Of a DNA stretch of 64,000 nt, positions 48,923-57,984 are shown one piece after another. This DNA comes from Fidelibacterota bacterium (GTDB taxonomy: Bacteria > Fidelibacterota > UBA2242): positions 32,001 through 96,000 of the forward strand of contig JBNGDF010000003.1 in assembly GCA_049975265.1 (NCBI GenBank), in the 5' to 3' direction. The position numbers and the translations under genes are program-made. The number at the start of each line of letters is the position of its first letter. The first letter of the stretch is position 1. Below the pieces are notes generated by a model. It searched no databases, was not told the origin of the DNA, and saw only the letters and a list, made by a program, of their open reading frames with translations.

Positions 48923-50104
48923 ATGAATGTAGAACGAATTCAAAAAGCAATTGCAGAGAAACAGATTGACGGCTGGCTGTTTTATGATTTTCATCATCTG
49001 GATGGCATGGCATACCGGATTTTGGGACTGGATGCGTCGAAGTTTACAACCCGGCGCTGGTTTTACTATATACCGGCAGAGGGAAGTCCCGTCCGGCTTG
49101 TGTCGGCAGTAGAGGCGAAAAAGCTGGATTCGCTGCCCGGCGATAAGAAGATATACCGGTCCTGGGGTGATCTCCACCGGATGCTGCGGGAGGTCCTGGC
49201 GAATTCCGGCAAAATCGCCATGCAGTATTCACCGAACTGCAACATCCCCTATATCTCGGTGGTAGACGCTGGAACAATCGAACTGATCCGGTCAATGGGG
49301 TTGGACATTGTGTCGTCGGCGGATCTGGTGCAAACCTTCGAGGCGGTGATAGACAGAGCCGGATATGAGGCTCATCTGGAGGCGGGAAAGAAGGTTCAGC
49401 TGATTAAAGATCAGGCATTTGCGCTGATCGGCGATGAGGTCAGACAGGGTAAATCCATTACAGAATATGAAGTTCAGCAGTATATAGTTCGTCGCTTCCA
49501 GGAAGAGGGGCTAACCGATGATGGCGATCACCCGATTGTCGGTGTGAATGATCATCCCGCAGACCCTCATTTCGAACCGACACCGGATAATACGTATCCG
49601 ATCAAAAAGGGAGACACGGTCTTAATCGATTTATGGGCTCGCAAAAACGAACCAACCGGCGTTTATTATGACATTACCTGGTGTGGTTACGTCGGTGACA
49701 ATCCGCCGGCAAAGTATGTGGAAATTTTTAACATTGTCAGGGATGCCCGGAATGCCGGTCGCGATTTTATTCGCGAACGATTCGGTAAAAATGAGCCCTG
49801 TTACGGCTATGAAGTAGATGATGTCTGCCGGCAGGTGATAATTGACGCCGGATATGGCGACTATTTTATTCACCGTACAGGACATTCGATTGGACGGGAG
49901 GTACATGGAAACGGCGTGAATATAGACAATCTGGAAACCAAAGATGACCGGCAGCTTGTACCGGGTATCTGTTTTTCCCTGGAGCCGGGAATTTACCTGC
50001 CCGGAGAGATGGCGGTTCGTTCCGAAATCAATGTATTCATTACGGAGGACAAACAGGTTATCGTCGCCGGAGCGGAACAGGATGCGTTGATTCTGTTGAA
50101 ATAG
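48923..50104 (+). CDS. M24 family metallopeptidase (Xaa-Pro aminopeptidase-like)
   Basis: 'DPHF', 'LIDLWA', 'YYDITW', 'HRTGHSIG', 'SLEPGIY', 'RSEIN'. Confidence 0.92.
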   Translation: MNVERIQKAIAEKQIDGWLFYDFHHLDGMAYRILGLDASKFTTRRWFYYIPAEGSPVRLVSAVEAKKLDSLPGDKKIYRSWGDLHRMLREVLANSGKIAMQYSPNCNIPYISVVDAGTIELIRSMGLDIVSSADLVQTFEAVIDRAGYEAHLEAGKKVQLIKDQAFALIGDEVRQGKSITEYEVQQYIVRRFQEEGLTDDGDHPIVGVNDHPADPHFEPTPDNTYPIKKGDTVLIDLWARKNEPTGVYYDITWCGYVGDNPPAKYVEIFNIVRDARNAGRDFIRERFGKNEPCYGYEVDDVCRQVIIDAGYGDYFIHRTGHSIGREVHGNGVNIDNLETKDDRQLVPGICFSLEPGIYLPGEMAVRSEINVFITEDKQVIVAGAEQDALILLK

Positions 50105-50117
50105 TGAGTCTTTGGGA

Positions 50118-50633
50118 ATGAAAAAGTATCTGATTTATTTCGGAATGTTATTTTGGTTGATCTTACAATGTGCCTGCAGCCACCGCTATCGTTATATTCC
50201 GCCGGTGGATTCTGAAATTCAAAGCGGTCATTTGGCGCTCTTTTCCGATGAGATATATTCCGGTGATTCTGGAGGAAACGGGGCGTTTGAACCGGCTGTA
50301 ATCACGGTTACTATCATTCAGGAAGGGCGCACCATTATCAGTGATGAACTGACTGCCGGTTCCTGGAATCTGTATCCCGTTCCAGAGGGTGTTTATCTGG
50401 TGGATTTGAAAACGGAGTATTCCGGTCAGCCGGTTACGCTTACCAGACCATTCACGTCCAAAATTGGATCGGTCAATGTGTTGTATGTTGAATTCTGGTG
50501 GGTTGAACCGGTAATGTTTCAAACCAATGAGGTGAACTACGCCGGAGCAGCAGCGCAATTTATTCTGAATTCCAAACGCACCGGAAAAACCCTTGGTTTT
50601 GAAGATGTTCGACGCTTTGATGCCGAACAATAA
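50118..50633 (+). CDS. Hypothetical lipoprotein
   Basis: 'MKKYLIYFGMLFWLILQCAC' signal with Cys; beta-rich body. Confidence 0.7.
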   Translation: MKKYLIYFGMLFWLILQCACSHRYRYIPPVDSEIQSGHLALFSDEIYSGDSGGNGAFEPAVITVTIIQEGRTIISDELTAGSWNLYPVPEGVYLVDLKTEYSGQPVTLTRPFTSKIGSVNVLYVEFWWVEPVMFQTNEVNYAGAAAQFILNSKRTGKTLGFEDVRRFDAEQ

Positions 50634-50645
50634 TACCTGGGGAAT

Positions 50646-51632
50646 TTAGTTAACAGAGGAATCGTTCTGAACAGACTTTTGCAGAACAATCAATATCTCA
50701 ATAGTCTGTTCCAAAGACGGAGAGTGGACCAGTCGATTCCGGATTTCCGCGGCGTTGGGAAAGCCGTGGATATAGTGGCGGTAAAATTTTTTCATGATTC
50801 GGTTTACATGATACTCGTCTGATACCTGTTTTTCCAGCTCGATATGCTGTAGACACATCGCAATCTTTTCTGCCAAACCAGGTGAGATGTAATCATTTTT
50901 TCCGCTTCGGAGTTGTGCGATTTGTTGGAATATCCAGGGATTTCCGATAGCCGCCCGCCCGATCATTACGGCGTCGCAACCGGTCATTTTTTCCATTCGC
51001 AGGGCATCTTCGGGGGTATAGATGTCGCCGTTGCCGATGACCGGTACTGATACGATGGATTTTACCTCGGCAATCAGTTTCCAGTCGGCTTTGTTGCGAT
51101 ATCCGTCAGAAGCCGTGCGGGGGTGAATTGTCAGGGCGGCGATTCCGGCATTTTCGAGGATTTTCACCACCTCCCGGGCGACGATTGATCGTCGGTCCCA
51201 CCCGGCACGGATTTTGGCGGTCACGGGAGTCTGGACCGCTTTGACCACGCTTTTTGCGATGGATTCGAGGCGTGGGAGATCCTTGAGCAATGCCGCTCCG
51301 GCATTTTTCCTGACGACTTTCCGAACCGAACATCCGAAATTCAGATCGATGATGTCTGGTTTATAGCGCTCTTCGATGATTGATGCTGCATCAGCCATGG
51401 ACTGCGGATTGTATCCGAAAAGTTGTATGCCGAGCGGTCGCTCCGATGCTGTGAAGGATAAATACTGGAAGGTTTTTTCCGATTCCCGGATGACTCCTTC
51501 GGAGCTAACGAACTCTGTAAAGACGACGGCTGCGCCCATTTTTTTACACAACCGGCGAAAGGGTGAATCGGTATAGCCAGCCATAGGTGCCAGAAAAGTG
51601 GGGGTGTCGATATTTAGCCTGGCGATTTTCAC
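50646..51632 (-). CDS. dusB: tRNA-dihydrouridine synthase B
   Basis: 'LAPMAGYTD', 'QLFG', 'DLNFGC', 'TAKIRAGW', 'HPRT', 'GNGDI', 'MIGRAAIGNPW'. Confidence 0.95.
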   Translation of the reverse strand: MKIARLNIDTPTFLAPMAGYTDSPFRRLCKKMGAAVVFTEFVSSEGVIRESEKTFQYLSFTASERPLGIQLFGYNPQSMADAASIIEERYKPDIIDLNFGCSVRKVVRKNAGAALLKDLPRLESIAKSVVKAVQTPVTAKIRAGWDRRSIVAREVVKILENAGIAALTIHPRTASDGYRNKADWKLIAEVKSIVSVPVIGNGDIYTPEDALRMEKMTGCDAVMIGRAAIGNPWIFQQIAQLRSGKNDYISPGLAEKIAMCLQHIELEKQVSDEYHVNRIMKKFYRHYIHGFPNAAEIRNRLVHSPSLEQTIEILIVLQKSVQNDSSVN

Positions 51633-51637
51633 GGTTT

Positions 51638-51667
51638 AATTTAGTACATCGGGGAAAGGATAATCAA
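51638..51667 (-). promoter_or_regulatory. Putative sigma70 promoter giving a leaderless dusB transcript
   Basis: Minus strand TTGATT-18-TAAATT, then 5 nt to GTG; no SD. Confidence 0.5.
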
Positions 51668-51701
51668 ATGCTGTTTCATACTTCAAGTATCGAAAAAGAA
51701 T

Positions 51702-51730
51702 TTGACATTCTGAAGAATAATCTGCAAATT
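51702..51730 (+). promoter_or_regulatory. Putative sigma70 promoter of rpmB
   Basis: TTGACA-17-CAAATT; AAGGAG SD downstream. Confidence 0.5.
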
Positions 51731-51758
51731 CCGCAGGTTTTTTAAGGAGTATTGGATT

Positions 51759-51950
51759 ATGTCAAAAGTATGTGAAATATGCGGGAAAAGACCTATTTAC
51801 GGAAACAGTGTCAGTCATGCGCATAACAAGACGCGCCGACGCTGGGAACCGAATCTGACCAAGGTAAGAATCGAAATAAACGGTACCGTAAAGACAGCGA
51901 AAGTGTGCACCGCCTGTCTGAAGAAAGGCAATATTAAAAAAGCATCCTGA
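51759..51950 (+). CDS. rpmB: 50S ribosomal protein L28 (Zn-ribbon form)
   Basis: 'CEICGK....[19 protein letters not shown]...VCTACLK'. Confidence 0.97.
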   Translation: MSKVCEICGKRPIYGNSVSHAHNKTRRRWEPNLTKVRIEINGTVKTAKVCTACLKKGNIKKAS

Positions 51951-51976
51951 TTTTTCTTTCATAATAAAAAAAAGCC

Positions 51977-51999
51977 GAGCCCCTGCCAGACAGGGGCTC
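51977..51999. terminator. Bidirectional intrinsic terminator between rpmB and ftsZ
   Basis: GAGCCCCTG-ccaga-CAGGGGCTC with an A-tract upstream and TTCTTTT downstream. Confidence 0.85.
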
Positions 52000-52027
52000 T
52001 TCTTTTATCAGATGTGGAGAGAGAGGA

Positions 52028-53245
52028 CTATTTGTTCATCATTTTACGTAAAATAGCCGGTATATTACGGTCATTGACGTCGGTTACCTGATCGACCAGA
52101 CCACTTTCATCATTCTGAAAAGATATTTTCAGACTCGGTTTGGTGTGATTGTCGGATTCATAGGAGTTCTCTTCGTATTCCCGCTTTCCTTCTACAGCAG
52201 AGATTTCCTCGGCGAAAAGTTCCTCTTTGGCGGTTGTGAGTACCGCTTTTCCCGCCTGATAATCGGTTTTGGGTCTGTTCCCAAATCCGGTGGCAATTAC
52301 GGTGATCATGATTTCATCGGTCAGATTCTCATCAATCACGGCACCAATAATGATATCGGCATCGCTGCCGGCTTCCTCGGTGATGATTTTACACGCTTCA
52401 TCCACCTCAAAGAGATTCAGGTCTTCACCGCCGGTAACATTGATGAGCAATCCGTTGGCACCGGAGATATTCATATCGTTCAGCAGCGGACTGGAGATGG
52501 CTTGCTGAGCCGCCAGGACAGCCCGTTCATCGCCGGTGGCCAACCCGGTACCCATGATAGCATCACCCATGTTTTTCATAATGGTCTTGACATCGGCGAA
52601 ATCGAGATTGATAATCCCGTGGCGATTGATCAGGTCGGAAATTCCCTTGGTAGCCTGATAGAGAACGCTATCCGCCGTCTGAAAAGCCTGACGGATTGAG
52701 GTTTTACGATCTACAATGCTCAAGAGCCGCTGATTGGGAATTGTGATCAGGGTATCCACATTTTCCCGCAATTCCCGAATGCCCTCTTCAGCCCGCTGCA
52801 TCCGCTTCGGTCCCTCGAAATGGAAGGGTCTGGTCACAATACCCACTGTCAGACAACCCTGTTCCTTAGCCAGTTTGGCGATCAGAGGCGAGGCACCGGT
52901 ACCGGTTCCGCCACCCATTCCGGCGGTGATGAAGACCATATCGGCGCCATTCAGAGTATTTGACACCGGTTGACGGTCGGCTTCCATCGCCATTTTTCCG
53001 ACCTCTTTCACGGCACCGGCTCCAAGTCCGCGGGTCAGGTCTTTCCCGATCTGTATCTTAGTTGGTGCCAGATTGTTGTCCAGATCCTGGGCATCGGTAT
53101 TGACCGCAATGAAATCCACGCCGGTCAGCCCGGATTCGATCATTCGGTTAATAGCATTGCCACCGCCACCACCGACGCCGATGACCTTCAGTTTTGCATG
53201 CTGGTTCGCTAAATCGTCAAATTCAAATAACATTTTTTCCTCCAC
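52028..53245 (-). CDS. ftsZ: Cell division protein FtsZ
   Basis: 'VIGVGGGGGNA', 'GMGGGTGTG', 'INLDFADV', C-terminal 'IPAILRK'. Confidence 0.98.
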   Translation of the reverse strand: MEEKMLFEFDDLANQHAKLKVIGVGGGGGNAINRMIESGLTGVDFIAVNTDAQDLDNNLAPTKIQIGKDLTRGLGAGAVKEVGKMAMEADRQPVSNTLNGADMVFITAGMGGGTGTGASPLIAKLAKEQGCLTVGIVTRPFHFEGPKRMQRAEEGIRELRENVDTLITIPNQRLLSIVDRKTSIRQAFQTADSVLYQATKGISDLINRHGIINLDFADVKTIMKNMGDAIMGTGLATGDERAVLAAQQAISSPLLNDMNISGANGLLINVTGGEDLNLFEVDEACKIITEEAGSDADIIIGAVIDENLTDEIMITVIATGFGNRPKTDYQAGKAVLTTAKEELFAEEISAVEGKREYEENSYESDNHTKPSLKISFQNDESGLVDQVTDVNDRNIPAILRKMMNK

Positions 53246-53255
53246 AAATTAATTT

Positions 53256-54518
53256 TTACATGATATTTTCAGTTAAATTTTTCAGCCAGTTCCAGGTTTT
53301 GCTGAGCCACGAGCCGGAACCGGTTGGTTTAATCCGGTCCTGTAATTTTTCCTGTAATGCGAACTGGATCATTCCGATGGCTGCGGAATATTTTGGATTG
53401 TTCAGTTCATCTTCGAATCCTGAGTAGTTTGTTGGAAATCCGATGCGAGCCGGCATGCTGAAAATTGATTCAGCCAGTTCTTCACACCCTTTAAGCAGCG
53501 CACCACCACCGGTGAGAACAACCGACTGGATAGAGGTGAAAGGAACATCGGCTTTTTTTGATTCCATGAACGCTTCCCGGAGAATCTCCTCCATGCGGGG
53601 CTCAATAAATTCAGCCAGTTTCAGCAGTGGCAGTTCCCGGGCGGGTCGGTTTCCGATACTATCGATTTTAATCACCGCCTCCCGGTCGACATTTTTCGTA
53701 AAGGAGTACCCGTGGTTTTTCTTAATCGTTTCGGCGTTCTCATGGGGGATACGCAGGAGGTAGGCGATGTCACTGGTTACCAGCTGGTCGCCAAAATTGA
53801 CAACGCCGGTATGATGAATTCCATCGTCGGCGTAGACAATAACATCGGTGGTTCCGGCACCGATATCGATCAGAATCGCACCCGCCTCTCTTTCGGACGG
53901 GGTCAGAACGCTGATGGATGACGCCAGAGATTGCAGAATAAAGGTATTCACGGTCAAACCGATATTTTTAAAACACCGCCTCAGATTTGAGGCGACGGTT
54001 GTGCTGTAGGTTGTGATATGGACTCTGGCTTCCAGTCGTCTCCCGAGTAGATTGATCGGATTTTTTATTCCGCTCTGTTCGTCGACCACAAATTCCTGCG
54101 GCATGACATGTAGAATCTGGCGGTCGACCGGAAGGGGCACAGCACGGGTGTGTTCGATGACGCGGTCAATATCTTCCTGCTCAATTTCCTGTGCTTCGCC
54201 GACGCTGCCGCGCACGTCCCGCGTGATAGCCACCGTTCCCTGAGTGTTCATACTGCGAATGTGATCACCGCTGATGCTGACATAGCATTGGGAAACGGAG
54301 GTTCCCGCCATGGATTCGGCGGCATTGATCGCTTCGCTGATCGTCCGGCTCAACTCCTCAATATTGACGACAACGCCTCTCTTAAGCCCTTTTGTTTCAA
54401 CAGTCCCGTAACCTTTGATATGGGGATTCCCGGTTTCGGGATGGACATCGGCGATCAGTACACAGGTTTTCCATGTGCCGATATCAACGACGGTAAGTGT
54501 TTGATTTCGTAATTTCAT
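53256..54518 (-). CDS. ftsA: Cell division protein FtsA
   Basis: 'VDIGTWKT', 'GLKRGVVVNI', 'IDIGAGTTD', 'VLTGGGALL', C-terminal amphipathic helix. Confidence 0.96.
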   Translation of the reverse strand: MKLRNQTLTVVDIGTWKTCVLIADVHPETGNPHIKGYGTVETKGLKRGVVVNIEELSRTISEAINAAESMAGTSVSQCYVSISGDHIRSMNTQGTVAITRDVRGSVGEAQEIEQEDIDRVIEHTRAVPLPVDRQILHVMPQEFVVDEQSGIKNPINLLGRRLEARVHITTYSTTVASNLRRCFKNIGLTVNTFILQSLASSISVLTPSEREAGAILIDIGAGTTDVIVYADDGIHHTGVVNFGDQLVTSDIAYLLRIPHENAETIKKNHGYSFTKNVDREAVIKIDSIGNRPARELPLLKLAEFIEPRMEEILREAFMESKKADVPFTSIQSVVLTGGGALLKGCEELAESIFSMPARIGFPTNYSGFEDELNNPKYSAAIGMIQFALQEKLQDRIKPTGSGSWLSKTWNWLKNLTENIM

Positions 54519-54530
54519 TGATACTTCATC

Positions 54531-55313
54531 CTATGAACGTCTCTCCTTGACCACAATTTGTTTGTTCCAGCGAAGATCAAGATATTGATAATCGCTTAAA
54601 TCGCGCTTTCCGTTCAATCTGTTTTGAAAATTTGCCAATATACTTAGCTGCACCGGCAGATCACCATTGCCGAGATATATGGGAGTTCCGCTTTTCACGG
54701 TGTATAAAATAAAATGACCGTCATCCCAGTAATTGATTTCCGAGATTTCGGCATAGAGTTCCGGTGCCGAGCGGAGTGTTGCATACACAATTTTCACCAG
54801 CTCCTGCAGTTTCCGGTTGGGCAGATAATAGCCGGGAAAATAATCCAGAGAATCATTTTCAAAACCGGATATTACCGGCAGATTTGTACCCAGCGGTTGA
54901 TTGGGAATCGGCAGTACAATTCCTTCGGCATCGACGAGAAAGAGCTCCCTGTGGTGGATGTAGCAAATTGGTATTCGCTCTCTGATGAGGATATTTACCC
55001 GGCTGGGATAGGCTCTGCTGACTGTTGCGGCTTTGATATAAGGATTTTGTTCGAGTCTGGCCTGAATGTCCGCCGGATTCACTGTCTGAATATTGGTATC
55101 CGGATCAATGCCGGCAATTTCGAGAATATCACCTTCTGTTAAAATTGAGATTCCCTGAACATGAACGGCGCTTATATTGAAGAAACCAACATAATCGCAC
55201 CAGGTGTGGGCACCGTAAATAAGGAAAACCAGTCCGCTGAAGACCATCAGTCCGCCCAGGAAACGCAGGATACGTTTCAATAATGGATGTTCAGTCTTTT
55301 CGTTTGCATTCAT
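54531..55313 (-). CDS. ftsQ: Cell division protein FtsQ/DivIB
   Basis: N-terminal TM, POTRA 'PYIKAATVSRAYPS...IRERIP', 'YLDLRW'; dcw position. Confidence 0.9.
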   Translation of the reverse strand: MNANEKTEHPLLKRILRFLGGLMVFSGLVFLIYGAHTWCDYVGFFNISAVHVQGISILTEGDILEIAGIDPDTNIQTVNPADIQARLEQNPYIKAATVSRAYPSRVNILIRERIPICYIHHRELFLVDAEGIVLPIPNQPLGTNLPVISGFENDSLDYFPGYYLPNRKLQELVKIVYATLRSAPELYAEISEINYWDDGHFILYTVKSGTPIYLGNGDLPVQLSILANFQNRLNGKRDLSDYQYLDLRWNKQIVVKERRS

Positions 55314-55316
55314 AGG

Positions 55317-55462
55317 GTAAAATGTTTCTCAACAGGCAGATCAGGGCTCTCAACATAAACCATACGGATATCCCTTCGATTATCCGAACAGCAGAGCCAG
55401 CGATCATTGTGGTTGCCCCCCGAAAAGACCGAGAACCCTGAATTATACCTGTCTGTTTTTAC
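55317..55462 (-). ncRNA. Candidate structured RNA element of unknown family in the murC-ftsQ intergenic region
   Basis: Nested stems on the minus strand: GUAAAA/UUUUAC, ACAGGUA/UGCCUGU, UCAGGGUUCUCGGU/GUUGAGAGCCCUGA, AACCA/UGGUU, CGGAUA/UAUCCG. Five G-U pairs become A-C mismatches on the plus strand. Confidence 0.5.
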
Positions 55463-55472
55463 GGCGTTGCGT

Positions 55473-56852
55473 TTATTCACTGCCAATTAATTCCTTTTTA
55501 ATTGCCTTTAAAAGAGTGTTTACATTTCCGGCTCCCAGAGTAATGATCATATCACCGGATTTAAAAATTGATTTCACCAAATCCGGTACTTCACCGGGTT
55601 CACGAATGTAATGGACATTCAGAATGCCCCTGGTTCGCAAAACACCTTCAATCAGCTGACCGGAGACACCGGGAATCGGTTTTTCACGGGCGGGATATAC
55701 ATCGAGGATCACTATTATATCGGCATGCTCCAGCTCTTCGGCGAAACGGGTATACAGTTTTTGTGTCCGACTGTAGAGATGTGGTTGAAAAATGGCGATC
55801 ACCCGCCGTTTCCACCCCAGACGAGCGGCATTCAGGGTGGCTCTGATTTCGCCGGGATGGTGGGCGTAATCATCAACCAGCATCAGCTCATCGCTCTGAT
55901 AGACAATCTCAAAACGTCTCCGGACGCCCTTAAATGTAGCGACCGCCTTTTGAATGGTTTCCCAGGTGATCCTGTATTCCAGAGAGATCAGAATTGCCGC
56001 CAGACAGTTTTGCACATTATGGTGACCGGGGAGCGGCAGACTGATCGTGCCCAGTTTGTCATCGTATTGATAGACGTCGAAGGTGCTGTGAGACTGTTGC
56101 AGGACAATATTTTTTGCCTGCAAATCGGCGGCTCCTTTTGTGGAACAGGTGAGCAGAGGAGCGGTGATGTCGGGCAAAATTTCTTTCACATGCTCATCGT
56201 CTTCATTAACCACTACTTTACCGTAAAAGGGAGTCCGGTTGGCGAATTTGATGAATGTCGATTTCAGATTATTCAGATCGCCGTAGATTTCAAGGTGTTC
56301 CTCATCGATAGTGGTAATTACGACGTGGGTGGGATAGAGCTGCAGGAAAGACTGATCATATTCGTCGGCTTCCACAATAATGGTATCACCGTCGCCGATG
56401 CGGAGATTGGAATTCAAATTCTGAATAACCCCACCGGAAAGGATTAGTGGATCACCACCGGATTCGGTGAAAAAATGACCGATCAGCGAGGTGGTGGTGG
56501 TTTTACCGTGAGTGCCAGAAACTGCCACGCTGTTGGGGCGGATGCGGAGTATTTCAGCGAGCATTTTTGCCCGTTTGACGGTGGGAATGCCGAGCCGGTG
56601 GGCTTTTTGCAATTCGGGGTTATCCGCTGTCACGGCAGAGGTATATACCACCGCGTCAACATCTTTCAGGTTTTTAGGGTGGTGCCCGATAAAAATTCGG
56701 ATTCCGCTTTTTTCAAGCCGCAAAATATTGTCGGAATAGCTGATATCGGACCCGCTGATGGTGAATCCCCAATGACGTAAGAGCTCCGCCAGTCCGCTCA
56801 TACCGATGCCACCGATCCCGATAAAATGGATTTTTTTCAGGTTACCGAACAT
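55473..56852 (-). CDS. murC: UDP-N-acetylmuramate--L-alanine ligase
   Basis: 'IHFIGIGGIGMSGLA', 'GTHGKTTT', 'EADE', 'DDYAHHP', 'FQPH.YSRT'. Confidence 0.97.
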   Translation of the reverse strand: MFGNLKKIHFIGIGGIGMSGLAELLRHWGFTISGSDISYSDNILRLEKSGIRIFIGHHPKNLKDVDAVVYTSAVTADNPELQKAHRLGIPTVKRAKMLAEILRIRPNSVAVSGTHGKTTTTSLIGHFFTESGGDPLILSGGVIQNLNSNLRIGDGDTIIVEADEYDQSFLQLYPTHVVITTIDEEHLEIYGDLNNLKSTFIKFANRTPFYGKVVVNEDDEHVKEILPDITAPLLTCSTKGAADLQAKNIVLQQSHSTFDVYQYDDKLGTISLPLPGHHNVQNCLAAILISLEYRITWETIQKAVATFKGVRRRFEIVYQSDELMLVDDYAHHPGEIRATLNAARLGWKRRVIAIFQPHLYSRTQKLYTRFAEELEHADIIVILDVYPAREKPIPGVSGQLIEGVLRTRGILNVHYIREPGEVPDLVKSIFKSGDMIITLGAGNVNTLLKAIKKELIGSE

Positions 56853-57984
56853 GGCTCTCCACTGTTTTTAAGATGTCGTCCACGATCAGTTTGGCTGAAT
56901 CCGCCCGTGCGAGGCGTCGGGCATTTTGCCCCATCTGTTCCAGTTTTGCCCGGTTTTCAATAATTTCCTGAAGAGAAATTTCCAGCAGCTCCGAATTCAG
57001 GTTCTTCTGCAGGATGACAATGGATGCACCCTCTTTTTCCATGATCCGGGCATTAATCTCCTGATGGTTTCCTGCAGCAGTAGGGAGCGGAATCAGGATA
57101 GACGGTTTTCCATACAGACAGAGTTCAGCGACCGTGAGTGCACCGGCGCGACTTATAATGATATCGGAAGCGGAGTAGGCGATGCCCATTTCATGAATAA
57201 AGGGGGTAACATAGACCAGCGGATTTTCGGCGAATCGATACCTGATTTCTTCAAAGTCATGCTGTCCGGTCTGCCAGATAAACTGACAATGTGATCTCGC
57301 GGTGAAATCATCCAGATGCCTTTTCCAGTAGTTGTTAATCGCCCGGGACCCCTGACTCCCGCCAAAAATAAATACCGTGGTTCGTTCACTCTGCAATTCG
57401 AAAAAACGAGTTCCCTGTTCTCTGGAAACCGTTTCAAGCGACCGTCGCAAAGGTGTGCCGTAGCAGACGATGTTATTAATGTACTCTCTGGTATCTTCGA
57501 AGGAGGAGTAAATCCTGCGTGCACGTCTGCTGAGCATGCGCGTTGTTTTGCCGGGGAAGACGTTCTGTTCGTGAAGGAAAACCGGCACCTTTAGCATAGC
57601 GGCGATTCGCAGCGGTGGTCCCGAAGTATACCCGCCGGTGCCGATTGCCAAATCCGGATCGAAGCGCCGGATTAAAAAATAAGACTGGATCAAGGCGACC
57701 AGCAGACGTAAGGGGAAAAGCAGGTTCACCAGAATATCGCGAGGTGAGAAGCCGCGCTGAAAACCGCGAATCCAGATTTTTCGGAAAGAGTAATCCAGAT
57801 TCGGCAGGACCGAGGATTCGAGCCCCCGTTCTGTTCCGATGAAGAGGAACTCGAATTTCAGATCCTCACTGCTGCGGGTTTTGAATTCCTCCATCAGAGC
57901 AATAGCCGGGAAAAGGTGCCCGCCGGTACCGCCACCGGCAACCAGGATTCTTACAATTTGTTGTTTTTCGCTTGCTTTAACCAT
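56842..57984 (-). CDS. murG: Lipid I N-acetylglucosaminyltransferase MurG
   Basis: 'AGGGTGGHLFP', 'GTGGYTSGP', 'HEQN', 'GGSQGS', 'SRAGA', 'HQEINA'. Confidence 0.97.
   Translation of the reverse strand: MVKASEKQQIVRILVAGGGTGGHLFPAIALMEEFKTRSSEDLKFEFLFIGTERGLESSVLPNLDYSFRKIWIRGFQRGFSPRDILVNLLFPLRLLVALIQSYFLIRRFDPDLAIGTGGYTSGPPLRIAAMLKVPVFLHEQNVFPGKTTRMLSRRARRIYSSFEDTREYINNIVCYGTPLRRSLETVSREQGTRFFELQSERTTVFIFGGSQGSRAINNYWKRHLDDFTARSHCQFIWQTGQHDFEEIRYRFAENPLVYVTPFIHEMGIAYSASDIIISRAGALTVAELCLYGKPSILIPLPTAAGNHQEINARIMEKEGASIVILQKNLNSELLEISLQEIIENRAKLEQMGQNARRLARADSAKLIVDDILKTVESHVR

Noticed and set aside
55380..55430. HDV-like ribozyme or SAM-I riboswitch ('UCGCUGGC', 'GGGCAAC', 'GGCAACC' words)
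   Set aside because: The words are in the wrong order and the required flanking helices and conserved residues are missing.
55611..56447. Long antisense ORFs (278 aa opposite murC; others opposite glpK, ftsZ, MATE and the 44892 gene)
   Set aside because: Fully nested opposite well-conserved genes with no recognisable motifs; typical codon-bias shadows.
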